Numbered from the stretch's first letter, positions 20,686 through 34,655 are shown. The stretch: 64,000 nucleotides of DNA from an uncultured Coriobacteriia bacterium (GCA_963751505.1 CAVVUM010000011.1:8989-72988), one strand, 5' to 3'. Translations and numbers: made by a program. Notes: generated by a model not told the origin, from the sequence alone.

Positions 20686-22544
20686 ATGCCTGACTATCGC
20701 GAGATGCTCAAGCCGCGCTACGCCGTGCTGGCCGGTGTCGTCCTGCTCGTCCTCGGGCTGCTGCTCGCGCGCCTCTGGACGATGCAGGTTCTGCAGGGTT
20801 CCGCGTACGCGTCGCAGGCCGAGGAGAACCGCGTCCGCGAGGTCACCACGGTCGCGCCTCGCGGGCGCATCCTCGACCGGAACGGGAAGCCGCTTGTCAC
20901 GAACCGGCCCACGCTCGCGGTTCTGGTCGACCCATCGGTCGGCGACGACGCGGCACTGCTCCAGCGCCTGTCAGCGCTGCTCGACATCCCGGTGACCGAG
21001 ATCCGCGAGCGGGTCTCGAGCGTGAAGGAGGCTGCGCTCGCGCCGCGCGTCGTGGCTATCGACGTGCCGCTCGAGAGGGTCGCCTACCTCGCCGAGCACC
21101 AGAGCGACTTCCCGGGTGTCGAGGTGCAGACACGTGCGGTGCGTGAGTACCCGCAGGGCAAGCTCGCTGCTCACGTTCTCGGCTATACCGGTGAGATCTC
21201 GGAGACGCAGCTCGAGCGATCCCGAGTTCGAGGACTACGACCCCACCGATACCGTCGGCAAGGGGGGCGCCGAGAGCTCGTTCGAGTCGGTGCTGCAGGG
21301 AGACCGGGGCACGCGCACCCTCGAGGTCAACGCTGCGGGTGAGCCGCGTCGCGTCATCTCGGAGATCGAACCCGTGCCGGGTCGCGACGTCATGCTCACC
21401 ATCGACACCAAGACGCAGAAGGTCACCGAGAAGGCGCTCAAGCAGGCGCTCGTCGACGCGCACAACGCAGAAGTTCCCGAAGGCTCGGGCCGGGGCAGCG
21501 GTCGCGCTCGACGTGCGCACCGGCGAGGTACTCGCCATGGCGAGCGAGCCCACCTACGACCCGTCCGTCTTCCTCGGCGGCGTGTCGGAGAAGACCTGGC
21601 GCTCACTCACGACCACCTCGTCGGAGTACCCCCTGTCGAACCGGGCGATCGCGGGGCAGTACCCGGCCGCGTCGACGTTCAAGGCGTTCACCGGACTGGC
21701 GGGGCTTCAAGGCGGTCTGACGCGCCAGTGGGCGACCTATCGGTGCGCAGGGAAGTGGACCGGTATGGGCGAGGACTGGAGCAAGTGGTGCTGGAACCAC
21801 TCCGGCCACGGCACCGAGTCGTTCGTCGACGGCATCGTGGACTCCTGCGACGTCGTGTTCTACGAGATCGGCTACGCCTTCTACAAGGAGAAGACGGAGG
21901 GGCTGCAGAAGTTCGTGCGCAGCTTCGGCTACGGGAAGAAGACCGGGATCGACCTGCCCGGCGAGGCCGACGGGCGCGTGCCCGACGCCGCCTGGAAGAA
22001 GGCGTTCAACGAGAACTACCCCGAGTACCAGCAGTGGCTGCCGGGCGACACGGTCAACATGGCGATCGGCCAGGGCGACATGCTCGTCACGCCGCTGCAG
22101 GTCGCCGCGACCTACGGCGGCATCGCCAACGACGGCAAGGTCATGCGGCCGCACGTGCTCAAGAAGGTGCTCGGCAGCGACGGGAAGTCCGTGCTGAAAG
22201 CCGAGCCCGAGGTCGCCTTCAAGCCGAAGGTGTCGAAGAAGAACATCGCGACGATGCAGTCGGCGCTGGAGGGCGTGACCACGCGTGGCACCGCGCGCGC
22301 CGTGTTCCGCGGCTTGGAGACGCCGATCGCCGGCAAGACCGGAACCGCTCAGGTGACCGGCAAGGACGACTACGCGTGGTTCGTCGGCTACGCGCCGGCA
22401 AACGATCCGAAGTACGTCGTCGCGGTCGTGGTCGAGCAGGGCGGCCACGGCGGCTCGGTCGCCGGCCCGGCAGCTCGGCAGATTCTGGCGTCTCTGCTCG
22501 GCGAGAAGGTCGAGCACGTCACCGCCGAGGACCGTTCGAGGTGA
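20686..22544 (+). CDS. mrdA: Penicillin-binding protein 2 (elongation transpeptidase). Two +1 breaks (~21215, ~21470).
   Basis: ORFs 20686/21116/21339. RGRILDRNGKPLV, active-site STFK (AASTFKAF), SCD (IVDSCDVVF, SxN-like position), KTGTAQV. Confidence 0.9.
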
Positions 22545-22548
22545 CCGC

Positions 22549-23683
22549 GTGAACGAGCGTCCGGCGTTTCTTCGGGTCGTGAACCCGGCTCTGCTCTCGG
22601 CGGTGTTGCTGCTGGTCGTCTACGGCAGCGTGCTCGTCAACTCGGCGGTGTCGGGCATGGATGCCGGTCCGTCCATGTTCAAGCGGCACCTGTTCGGGCT
22701 GGTCGTCGGCTTGGTCCCGCTGGTCGTCATGTGGGCGTTCGACTACCGCAAGCTGCAGGCATGGGTCGGACCGCTGCTCATCTTCGATGCGCTGCTGATC
22801 CTCTCGCCGCGCATCCCCGGCCTGGGCGACGCCGCCAAGGGCGCCACATCGTGGCTGCAGATCGGCGGCATGCGTCTCTTCCAGCCTTCCGAGCCGGCGA
22901 AGCTCGTCACGATCATCGTCATGGCGGCCGTCATCGCGCGCTATCAGGGCAAGATCGAGCGTCCGGCCGACATCGCGAAGATCCTCGGCGTGCTCGCCGT
23001 GCCACTCGGCCTGATCATGCTCCAGCCCGACCTCGGGACCGGTCTCGTGTTCGTGGCGATCACTGCGGGCATGCTGCTCATCGGCGGGCTGAGCCCGCGG
23101 TGGTTCGCCGCGCTGGGGCTGATCGGGTGTGCTGCTGGTTGCGGGGCTGTTCTGGCTCGACGGTGTCGTCGATCGGTCCAGCGGCGAGGACAGGCTCATC
23201 AAGCAGTACCAGCTCGACCGGCTGATGGTCTTCATCGATCCTGCGGTCGATCCGAAGGGCGCCGGCTACAACCTGGAGCAGTCCAAGATCGCCATCGGTT
23301 CCGGGGAGCTCTCCGGCAAGGGCCTCGGATCGGGCACGCAGGGCAATCTGAACTTCTTGCCGGAGCGCCACACCGACTTCATCTTCAGCGTGCTCGGCGA
23401 GGAGCTCGGCTTCATCGGCGTGATCGTCCTGCTCGGGCTGTATCTCGTGTTGCTGGTGACGTCCCTCGAGATATCGACGTCGAGCAAGGACCTGTTCGGC
23501 GCCTTGATCGTCGTCGGCATCATCAGCATGTGGACGTTCCAGATACTCGAGAACATCGGGATGACCATCGGGCTCATGCCCATCACCGGCATTCCGTTGC
23601 CTTTCATGAGCTTCGGTTCTTCGTTCATGGTCACCAACATGATGGCGACGGGTATGCTCCTGTCGGTGTGGACGCGCCGCTGA
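22549..23683 (+). CDS. rodA: SEDS-family peptidoglycan polymerase RodA. One +1 break near 23125.
   Basis: ORFs 22549 and 23129. LFQPSEPAKL, LQPDLGT, HTDFIFSVLGEELGFIG, PITGIPLPFMSFGSS. Confidence 0.9.
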
Positions 23684-23699
23684 GCGCAGAGGGGGCCCA

Positions 23700-24632
23700 A
23701 TGAGATTGCCGCTGAACATCACCGAGCTCATGAGCTCGAGTTCGAAACTGCGCGAGGAGCGCGAGAAGCCGGTGCGCATCGCGGTCCTCATCGACGCTGA
23801 GGCCGCCCAGCCCGCCGTCGACGCGCTCAAGGCCGCACTGCTGCCGCAGACGGGCAACGCGCTGCTTCGCGTCGAGGCCCTGGTCCCCGGCGATGTGCTC
23901 GAGATCGACTCGGCCGCGGACGTCGTGATCGGGCTGACCGGGCCGGGAACCACGATCGAGCCCACCATGCGGCTCACGCGCCAGCGCGCCATCCCCACGG
24001 TGCTGCTGGGATGGGAGGCCGACCGGCACGCGCTCGCGTCGCGGCTCTCGCAGCCGGTCCTCGACACGATCGCCGAGAACGAGGCGGACGATCTGGTTCG
24101 CGCGTTGGGCGCGTGGTTGAGCGAGCGCGTATCCGGCAAGCGCGTCGCGCTGGCCGCCAACTTCCCGTTCGTGCGCCGCGCGGTCGCCGAGGAGGCCGTC
24201 AAGAACACCGCCTTCCAGAACGGCGTCATCGGCGCCGTCGCGGTGCTCCCCGGGGCCGACATGCCCATCATGACCGCCAATCAGGCCAAGATGGTCCTGC
24301 AGATCGCCGCCGCGTACGGCGAGCCGCTCGGTGCCGAGCGCATCAAGGAGCTCGCCACGGTCGTGGGCGGAGCGTTCGTGCTCCGCACCGTCGCGCGTCA
24401 GTTCGTCGGCCTCGTACCCGGTTTCGGCTGGGCGATCAAGGCCGGCATCGGCTACTCGGCGACGATCGGCGATGGGCTACGCGGCCATCGAGTACTTCGA
24501 GAACGGCGGCGATCCGCGCGAGCTTGCCGAGCGACTGCGCGAGGCGCGCGACCAGGCGATCGAGAAGGCGCGCGGCGTGCGCGGGGGGCAACCCGAGGAG
24601 GTCATTCCCGCTCATGCATGGGTGGTCGATGA
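23700..24632 (+). CDS. DUF697-like domain protein. At least one frame break near 24470; the 3' end is uncertain.
   Basis: GVIGAVAVLPGADMPIMTANQAKMVLQIAAAYGEPL...LVPGFGWAIKAGIGYSATIAMGYAAIEYF resembles the YcjF/DUF697 C-terminal module (from memory). No precise function is known. Confidence 0.45.
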   Translation: MRLPLNITELMSSSSKLREEREKPVRIAVLIDAEAAQPAVDALKAALLPQTGNALLRVEALVPGDVLEIDSAADVVIGLTGPGTTIEPTMRLTRQRAIPTVLLGWEADRHALASRLSQPVLDTIAENEADDLVRALGAWLSERVSGKRVALAANFPFVRRAVAEEAVKNTAFQNGVIGAVAVLPGADMPIMTANQAKMVLQIAAAYGEPLGAERIKELATVVGGAFVLRTVARQFVGLVPGFGWAIKAGIGYSATIGDGLRGHRVLRERRRSARACRATARGARPGDREGARRARGATRGGHSRSCMGGR

Positions 24633-24712
24633 CGCCATCGCGGTTGACGAGCCCGGCGCTCGGCCCCGCCGATCTGACGGCTGTCACCCGGCGGTCAGGA
24701 GCAGTCGGCCCT

Positions 24713-26585
24713 GTGACCGCGCCCGACCTGTGGCCTGCCGTCGAGCCGCTCTTGGCGCGCGTCGAGCGGCCGTCGCGCTACATCGACGGCGAGTGGGGCG
24801 CCCGCCGCGATGCATCGGCCGAGTACCGCGCGGTGCTGGCCTACCCGGACGCCTACGAGGTCGGACAGGCCAACCAGGCGATCGGCATCCTCTACGCACG
24901 CCTCAACGCGATGCGACGGTGTGGCCGCCGAGCGGACCTACGTCCCCTGGGTCGACCTGTCCGGGCTCCTGCGCGAGCACGGCGTGCCGCTGTTCTCGCT
25001 CGAGTCCTGCGCTCCGGTGGGGGAGTTCGATCTCATCGGCATCACGCTGCCCTACGAGCTGACGTACACGAACGTGCTCGAGACTGCTCGACCTTGCCGG
25101 GGTGCCGTTGCGTGCATCCGAGCGGGGCGATGAGCTCTCCGCTCGTGGTCGGCGGCGGGCCGTGCGCCTTCAACCCGGAGCCGGTCGCGCCGTTCTTCGA
25201 CGCGATTCTGATCGGCGAGGGCGAGGACGCCATCGAGGAGATCGTGCAGGTCCACCGCGCATGCGAAGGCCGAGGGCGTCGCGCGCTCCGTGCTCCTCGA
25301 CCGCCTTGCGGGGATCGCCGGCGTCTACGTGCCCTCGCTCTACACGCCGGTACTCGATGAGGACGGGCGTTTCGCCGGCGTGCGCGCGACCGGTTCCGCT
25401 CCGAGCGTGGTGCTGAAGCGTGTCGTGCGCACGCTGGGCGCCCACCAGACACCCACCTGCCCGGTCGTGCCGTTCATGGACGTGGTGCACGACCGGATGA
25501 CCGTCGAGGTGCTGCGCGGATGCACGCGCGGCTGCCGGTTCTGTCAGGCCGGCATGGTCTACCGGCCGGTGCGAGAGCGCTCGGCCGATGAGATCGTGCG
25601 CGACGCGCTCGCCGGGCTCACCTGCACCGGCTACGACGAGGTGTCGCTCACCTCGCTGTCGACGGCCGACCACTCGACGCTCGAAGAGGTCTTGCGGCGG
25701 CTGAGCCGGCGCTTGGAGGGCACCGGCGTCTCGCTCTCGGTCCCGTCCCTGCGAGTCGACGCGTTCTCGGTGGAGATGGCGCGGCTGATCGGCAGCGGCA
25801 AGAAGACGGGCCTCACCTTCGCGCCCGAGGCCGGGAACGCAGCGCCTGCGCGACGTCATCAACAAGAACGTGACCGAAGACGATCTGCTCGGCACGATCG
25901 AGGCGCGTTCGCGGCAGGCTGGCGGCGCGTGAAGCTCTACTTCATGCTCGGGCTGCCGACCGAGACAGACGACGACCTGCGCGGCATCGCGCGATCTCGT
26001 GCGCAAGACGCTCGACGTCGCGCGGCGGAGCACACCGGCCGGACCAGCGCGGAAGCGTGCGAGTGGCGGTCAGCGTCTCGACGTTCGTCCCCAAGGCCCA
26101 CACGCCGTTTCAGTGGGAGCCGCAACTGGAGCTCGCCGAAGTGCAGCGCCGGCAGAGCGTTCTGCGCGAGCACATGCCCCGCAAGGGCGTCGAGCTCTCG
26201 TGGCACGACGCGGAGGTGTCGCTGCTCGAGGGCGTGCTCGCTCGAGGCGGGCGGGAGCTCGCGGACGTCATCGAGGACGCGTGGCGCGGCGGCGCCCGCT
26301 TCGAGGCGTGGACCGAGCGGTTCTCGCTTGAGCCCTGGCGCCGGAGCGCCGAGGCGCACGGCATGGAGCTGGCGTCGCTCGCCGCGCGCATCGTTCGCGC
26401 TCGAGGAGCCCCTGCCCTGGGAGCACCTGAGCCCGGGTGTCGCTCGCGCGTACCTGGTCGAGGAGCGGGCACGCGCGCTCGCTGCGGCGACCACGCCCGA
26501 CTGCAGCTTCGACGGCTGCACGGGCTGCGACGTGTGTCCGGTGCTTGACGTCGACATCGTGCTGGCGGGGGAGCAGCGGCGATGA
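24713..26585 (+). CDS. Uncharacterised B12-binding-like radical SAM protein (family recalled as TIGR03960). About 8 frame breaks.
   Basis: GTG 24713 with aggag 11 nt upstream. LARVERPSRYIDGEWG, LAYPDAYEVGQANQAIGILY, VEVLRGCTRGCRFCQAGMVYRPVRERS (CxxxCxxC), VSVSTFVPKAHTPFQWE, DCSFDGCTGCDVC. Confidence 0.8.
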
Positions 26586-27276
26586 CGCCCGGCGAGTTCA
26601 GGCTCCGGATACGCTACGAGAAGTGCGATCGGCTCCGGTGGCTTTCGCATCTGGAGGTCCTGCGGGCGATCGAGCGGCTCGTGAGGCGCTCGGGGCTGCC
26701 CGTATGCGGTCACCAAGGGCTTCAACCCGCACATGAAGCTCGCCTTCGGTCCCGCGCTGCCGGTGGGCACCGCTGGCCGAAACGAGTACGCCGACGTCTG
26801 GCTGACGCGCTACACTGAGGCGGATGCGGCGCTGGCGGCCCTGAGTGGTCATGCCGTGCCTGGGCTGGCTCCGCTTGAGGTCGCGGTACGTCGACGACCG
26901 GTGTCCGTCGCTGTCGGCGGCGCTCACGATCGGCGTCTACCGCATCGAGATCGACGGAGAGGAGATCGACGCGACGAAGGTGCACGCGGGGCTCGTTCGA
27001 GTCCTTCAGCGCGGACAGCTCGAGGTGGAGCACAAGGGCAAGACCAAGGTTTTCGACCTCGGCGCGTGCGTTCCGAAGGACGCTCGTGTCGAGGCGATTC
27101 CGACCGGGGTAGCGATCGAGTTCCCGGTCAGGATGGGGCCCCAGGGGTCCCTTCGCCCAGAGATGCTCACCAGGGCGGCCCTCGCAGAGGCCGACATCGA
27201 AGCTACCGCTGTGCGCACGGTGCGCCTGGACACGCTCGTCGAGGGTGATGAGGGGGTCTGGTCGCGTCCGCTGTGA
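26582..27276 (+). CDS. Radical-SAM-linked protein (DUF2344; family recalled as TIGR03936). Two frame breaks (~26705, ~26885).
   Basis: ATGA overlap with the radical SAM stop. RIRYEKCDRLRWLSHLEVLRAIERLVRRSGLP, TKGFNPHMKLAFGPALPVG, EYADVWL. Confidence 0.75.
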
Positions 27277-27288
27277 ACGGGGGATGCG

Positions 27289-28783
27289 GTGGCCGATGTG
27301 GCCCGCGAGATGCTCATCTCGCACGACAGCAACGAGACGCGAGTCGCCCTGCTCGAGGACGGCGAGCTCGTCGAACTCTACATCGAGCGGCCAAAGCGGA
27401 GTGTCGTAGGCAACGTCTACCTCGGCAAGGTGACCGACGTCTTGCCGGGCATGCAGGCTGCGTTCGTGGACATCGGGCTCGAGAAGAACGCCTTCCTGTA
27501 CGTCGATGAGGTCGTCGCCCCAGAGGGCGTCGAAGCGCCGAGGCGCCGCGACATCAGCCAGCTGCTCAAGGTCGGGCAGCAGGTCATGGTGCAGGTGGTC
27601 AAGGACCCGATGGGTACCAAGGGCGCGCGTGTCACGACCGAGGTCACACTGCCCGGTCGGTTCCTCGTCCTGATGCCCTTCGCCGATTTCGTCGGCGTCT
27701 CCAAGAAGCTGCCCGAGGAGGAGCGCGACCGGCTGCACGACATCGTCGCTCGGCACGTGCCCAAGGGAACCGGCGTGATCGTCCGGACGGTCGCTCAGGG
27801 CGTCGCCGAGCGCGATCTCGTGAACGATCTCGAGTTCCTGCTTCGTCTGTGGAAGCGCGTCAACCATCTGACGACCGAGGCGCTCGCCCCCGAGGTGCTC
27901 TACACCGAGATGGACCTCGCGCTCCGGTTCGTGCGCGACGTGTTCTCGGACGACTTCAACCGGATGACCGTCGACGACAAGCCCACGTACGAGAAGGTCG
28001 TCTCGTTTCTGAAGAAGACCTCGCCCCAGCTGGTGCGCCGGGTGCAGCTCTACAAGGACCGCACGCCGCTGTTCGAGGAGTTCCAGCTTCAGGAGACGAT
28101 CGATTCGGCGCTGCGACGGGTCGTGCCCCTGCCGTCCGGCGGCCACCTCACGATCGACAAGACCGAGGCGCTGACCGCCATCGACGTGAACACGGGGAAG
28201 TTCGTCGGTCGGCGAAGCCTCGAGGAGACGATCGCCAAGACGAACCTGGAGGCCGCCGACGAGGTCGTCCGGCAGCTTCGTCTTCGCGACATCGGCGGCA
28301 TCATCATCGTCGACTTCATCGACATGGAGCAGCCGGCCAACAAGCAGGCGCTCCAGGCGCGACTGTCCACCGCGCTCGAGCGGGACCGCACCAAGACGCG
28401 CCTCTCCGACATTTCGCGTCTGGGACTGGTCGAGATCACGCGAAAGAACGTGACCGACGGGCTGTACGGCGTGCTGACCGAGCCGTGCGCATGTTGCGGG
28501 GGAGAGGGCCGCGTCGTTTCGAAGCAGACGCGGCGCATCGCGGTCGAGCGCCGGATGCGCGAGATCCTGCAGGACCGGTCGGTCGGACGCGTACCTGTTC
28601 GGGCTCAATCCCGAGACGTTCGAGCTGATCACGGCGCCTGGGCTCAACGTCGCCGCTTCTCTGCGCGCCGAGACGGGTCGCCAAGTCACCATCGTGCCTG
28701 ATCCGGAGGCCGAAGCCACTGAGGTGCGGACCCTCATCGAGGGGCGGACGGGGCTTCTCGGCAAGCGGCCTTTCGGCAGGTAG
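27289..28783 (+). CDS. rng: Ribonuclease E/G family endoribonuclease (RNase G-like). One break near 28590.
   Basis: ORF 27289..28701. S1 domain VGNVYLGKVTDVLPGMQAAFVDIG, GGHLTIDKTEALTAIDVNTGKF, LRDIGGIIIVDFIDM, GLVEITRK, CACCGGEG. Confidence 0.9.
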
Positions 28784-28826
28784 CACAGACGGGACACACC
28801 CGGCGGCGTGGCGTGGCTGGTTCGCG

Positions 28827-28855
28827 TTGACGCTGCGTGTTCGGGCTGCTAGCAT
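28827..28855 (+). promoter_or_regulatory. Sigma-70-like promoter of the rplU-rpmA-obg operon.
   Basis: TTGACG (28827-28832), 17 nt, TAGCAT (28850-28855). About 35 nt upstream of ATG 28893. Confidence 0.6.
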
Positions 28856-28892
28856 ATCTCCTCGCGCAATCAAGCTAATCGAAAGGTTTGGG

Positions 28893-29297
28893 ATGTACGC
28901 AGTCGTTGCTACCGGTGGGAAGCAGCTGAAGGTCAGCGCTGGTGACGAGGTCGTTGTCGAGAAGCTCGACGCGCCCGTTGGCGAGACGGTGAACTTCAAT
29001 GTGATCTTCCTCGCCGATGAGGGCGAGATCACGGTCGATCCCGACGCTTTGTCGTCAGCCGCCGTGACCGCAGAGGTGCTCGAGCACTTCAAGGGCGAGA
29101 AGGCCATCATCTTCAAGTTCAAGAAGCGCAAGGGCTACAAGCGCCTGAAGGGTCACCGTCAGAACCTCACCCGCGTGAGGATCACCGACGTGGCAGCTGC
29201 TCCGAAGAAGAAGGCCGCGCCGAAGAAGAAGGCCGCCAAGGCCGAAGAGCCGACCGAGGCGCCTGCTGAGGCGACCGAGGCCGCTGAGACCGAGTAA
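28893..29297 (+). CDS. rplU: 50S ribosomal protein L21 with a ~30-aa Lys/Ala/Glu-rich C-terminal tail.
   Basis: [25 protein letters not shown]...[17 protein letters not shown], then [34 protein letters not shown]. Confidence 0.95.
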   Translation: MYAVVATGGKQLKVSAGDEVVVEKLDAPVGETVNFNVIFLADEGEITVDPDALSSAAVTAEVLEHFKGEKAIIFKFKKRKGYKRLKGHRQNLTRVRITDVAAAPKKKAAPKKKAAKAEEPTEAPAEATEAAETE

Positions 29298-29311
29298 GGC
29301 AGGGAATCGAG

Positions 29312-31036
<1,725 letters not shown>

Positions 31037-31037
<1 letters not shown>

Positions 31038-32143
31038 TGGGCAAGCGCATCGTGGTCAAGGTCGGTTCCTCGACGCTGACGCGCGACGACGGCGGGCTCG
31101 ACCGTGACCTTGCGTCGCGGCGCTCGTCGCCCAGATCGCGCAGCTTCGCGCGGAGGGGCACGCGCCCGTGCTCGTGTCGAGCGGGGCCATCTCCGCAGGG
31201 CTCGTCGCGCCTCGTCGATAGCGACGCGGCCCGACGACATGCCGTCGCTGCAGGCCGCAGCGTCGATCGGTCAAGTCGCGCTCATCGAGACCTACGCGGC
31301 GCTCTTCGCCGAGCACCGGCTTGCCGTCGGGCAGGTGCTCCTCACGCGGCACGACACCGGGCACCGTGAGTCGTACCTGCACGCGCGCGACACCTTCGAG
31401 CGTCTGCTCGAACTGGGCGCGGTCCCCGTCGTCAACGAGAACGACACCGTCGCGGTCGACGAGATCCGCTTCGGTGACAACGACACGCTCGCGGCGCTCG
31501 TGGCCACGATGGTCTGCGCCGATCTGGTCGTGGTGCTCTCGGACATCGAGGGACTCTACGACAGCCGATCCGCGAGCCTCGGACGAGGCCACGCTGCTCG
31601 AGCACGTCGTCGGAGCTGACCGACGACGTCGTCGCCGCCGCGGGCGGCGCGGGCAGCGAGCACGGCAGCGGCGGAATGGCGACCAAGATCGACGCCGCGC
31701 GCGTGCTCATGCGCGCCGGGATTCCGATGGTGGTCTGTGACGGCGCCCGCGAGAACGTGATCTTGGATGCCGCCGAGGGCAGGGCGTGCGGGACGGTGTT
31801 CGCGCCGGGCGAGGAGAGCTTGGGAGCGAAGAAGCTGTGGATCGCGCTCGGCAGAAGGCCCGCGGGCGAAGTGGTCATCGACGACGGCGCGCGCGCCGCT
31901 ATCACCGAGCGCCAGTCCTCGCTTCTGCCTGCGGGTGTCGTGGCCGTGAGGGGGTCGTTCCAGCCGGGCGATGCGGTAGTATTGAAGGACCTCTCGGGTG
32001 CCGTCGTGGCGCGTGGGATGACCGAGGTCGCGTCGGCAGATCTCGATCTCGTCAAGGGCATGAAGACACCCGATATCGCGGCGCGATTCCCGCGCCTTGC
32101 GGGCAAGGATGTCGTACATCGCGACCGGCTCGCGATCCTGTAG
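31037..32143 (+). CDS. proB: Glutamate 5-kinase. About 5 frame breaks.
   Basis: ATG overlaps the obg stop (TGATG). RIVVKVGSSTLT, VLVSSGAISAG, PVVNENDTVAVDEIRFGDNDTLAALVA, GMATKIDAA. PUA domain AGVVAVRGSFQPGDAVVL. Confidence 0.9.
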
Positions 32144-32176
32144 GGCACCGCGGCCGGCGAAGGGAGTGCGGCAGGC

Positions 32177-33437
32177 ATGTCTGAGGTTCTGAAGCTCGCC
32201 GAGACAGGCCCGCGAGGCAGCGACCGCGCTCGCCATCACTTCGACCGAGGACCGCAATCGGGCGGTGCGAGCGATGGCCGACGCGCTTGAGGCCGCGTCA
32301 GGTCGAGATCCTGGCGGCGAACGCCGCCGACCTCGAGCGGGCCCGCGCGAAGGGAACGCCGGACGGCCTGCTCGACCGGCTCGATGCTGAACGAGGCGCG
32401 CCTTACCGGCATGGCCGACGCTCTGCGCGCCCTCGCCGCGCTTGCCGACCCGATCGGCGAGGTGGTCACCGGCTACACCATGCCCAACGGCATCGAACTG
32501 CGCCAGATCCGCGTTCCGCTCGGCGTCGTCGGCATGATCTACGAGGCGCGGCCCAACGTCACCGCGGACGCCGCCGGGCTGTGCGTGAAGACGGGCAACG
32601 CGGTGATCCTGCGCGGCGGCTCGCTCGCGCACCAGAGCAACCTGACGCTCACGCGCGTGCTCGCCGAGGCGGCCGCGCGGTGCCGGCATGCCCGACGGGT
32701 GCATCCAGGCGATCGAGTCCACCGATCACGCGGCTGCCGAGGAGCTCATGGCGCTCCACGGCTACGTCGACGTGCTCATCCCGCGCGGCGGGGCCGGGCT
32801 GATCCGGAGCGTGGTGGAGAAGGCGAAGGTCCCGGTGATCGAGACCGGCATCGGCAACTGCCACGTCTACATCCACGAGTCCGCCGATCCCGAGATGGCC
32901 GAGCGCATCGTCGTGAACGCCAAGACGCAGCGGCCGAGCGTGTGCAACGCCGCGGAGTCGCTGCTGGTGGACGAGGCGGTCTACGAGCGCGTTCTGCCGC
33001 CGGTGCTCAAGGCGCTCGAGTCGCGCGGCGTCACGCTGCTACGCCGACGAGCGGACGCTGGCGCTCGGCGCGGTCTCTGCGATCGAGCCCGCGACCGAGG
33101 AGGACTGGGGCACCGAGTACCACGAGCTGAAGATGAGCGTGAAGGTCGTCTCGGGACTCGACGAGGCGATCAAGCACATCAACACGCTACGGCACGAAGC
33201 ACTCCGAGGCGATCGTCGCGAGCGACTACGCCGCCGCACGCCGCTTCCTGGCCGAGGTGGACGCGGCCGCGGTCTACGTGAACGCGTCGACCCGCTTCAC
33301 CGACGGCGGGGAGTTCGGGCTTGGCGCCGAGATCGGCATCTCGACGCAGAAGCTGCACGCGCGCGGCCCGATGGGGCTTGACGGCGCTGACCTCGACGAA
33401 GTTCGTGCTGATGGGCGACGGGCAGATCCGCGAGTGA
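32177..33437 (+). CDS. proA: Gamma-glutamyl phosphate reductase. About 7 frame breaks.
   Basis: [106 protein letters not shown]. Confidence 0.9.
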
Positions 33438-34052
33438 GAAGCGGCACCCGACTCGGCATCATGGGCGGGACGTTCGATCCCATCCACTTCGGGCATCTGG
33501 TCACCGCCGAGGAAGCGCTCGTCCAGTTCAATCTCGACAAGGTCGTGTTCATGCCGACGGGCCGGCCCGCCGCCAAAGCGGACCAGACGGTCTCATCGGC
33601 CGAAGACCGCTACCTCATGACGGTGCTCGCCACGGCGACCAACCCGGACTTCGACGTGAGCCGCCTCGAGATCGACCGCCCGGGCGCGACCTACACCGTC
33701 GACACCCTGCTCGAGCTGCGGGACGCCTACGGCCCCGCGGCCGACGCTCTTCTTCATCACGGGCGCCGACGCGGTGCTCGAGATCGTGACGTGGAAGGAC
33801 GCCGACCGCGTCGCCGATCTTGCGACCTTCATCGCCGCGACGCGGCCCGGCTACGAGCTGAGGGGCAGCGAGGGGCTTGATGCGGCCGTGACAAGCGGCT
33901 TCCGCATCGAGCACATGGAGGTGCCGGCGCTCGCCATCTCCTCGACCGACCTGCGGTCGCGGGTGGCCGAGCGCCGCCCGATGCGCTACCTGACCCCCGA
34001 GCCCGTCGCGACCTACATCGCCAAGCGCGGGCTCTATCGCGGGGAAGCCTGA
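33434..34052 (+). CDS. nadD: Nicotinate-nucleotide adenylyltransferase. One break near 33745.
   Basis: GTGA overlap with the proA stop. [35 protein letters not shown]. Confidence 0.9.
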
Positions 34053-34655
34053 TGGCCGACGACCTGCGACAGAGGGCGGAAGGCCTGCTGGCGGAGCGTC
34101 TGTCGCCCGTGGGGCTTGCGCACTGTCATGCGGTCGCCGAGATGGCCGAGCGACTGGCGACCATCTACGGCGTGGACCCGTACACGGCGGGCCTCGCCGG
34201 CCTGCTCCACGACTGGGACCGGGAGGTCCCCAAGGATGCGCTCGCGGGGCGCGCCGCTGAGGCCGGCCTCATGGCCACTGATGTCGAGCGCGCGGCGCCG
34301 TACCTGCTTCATGCGCGCACGGGGGCCGACGCGGTGCGCGGAGATGCTCGACGAGCTGCCGCCGGAGGTCGTGCGCGCGATCGAGCTGCACACCGTCGGT
34401 GACGCGGAGATGGGCGCGCTCGACATGGTCGTCTACCTCGCCGACATGCTTTCGGCCGACCGCAGCTACCCCGGCGTCGGCGCGCTTCGTGAGCTCATCG
34501 GCGAGGTATCGCTCGAAGATCTCTTCGCCGAGTGCTACCGTCACTCCGTCGCCGACCTGGTCGAGCGGCGCAAGCCCATCCACCCGCTGACCGTCGAGGT
34601 CTGGAACGCATTCGTGGCTCGCAAGCACAGAGGATCCGGGGGCCCGCATGGCTGA
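34052..34655 (+). CDS. yqeK: HD-domain protein YqeK (bis(5'-nucleosyl)-tetraphosphatase-like). One break near 34340.
   Basis: AHCHAVAEMAERLA, AGLLHDWDRE, AIELHTVG. Position between nadD and rsfS as in Bacillus. Confidence 0.75.

Noticed and set aside
26722-28797. A 691-aa minus-strand ORF antisense to RNase G and DUF2344. Similar long antisense ORFs occur at 60891-62540 (opposite glyS), 49142-50695 (opposite dnaJ and rsmE), 13524-14993, 29440-30717 and 17978-19210.
   Set aside because: They have no recognisable motifs and an Arg/Ala/Gly/Pro-dominated composition. Each lies exactly opposite a strongly supported gene. These are classic shadow ORFs of high-GC genomes.
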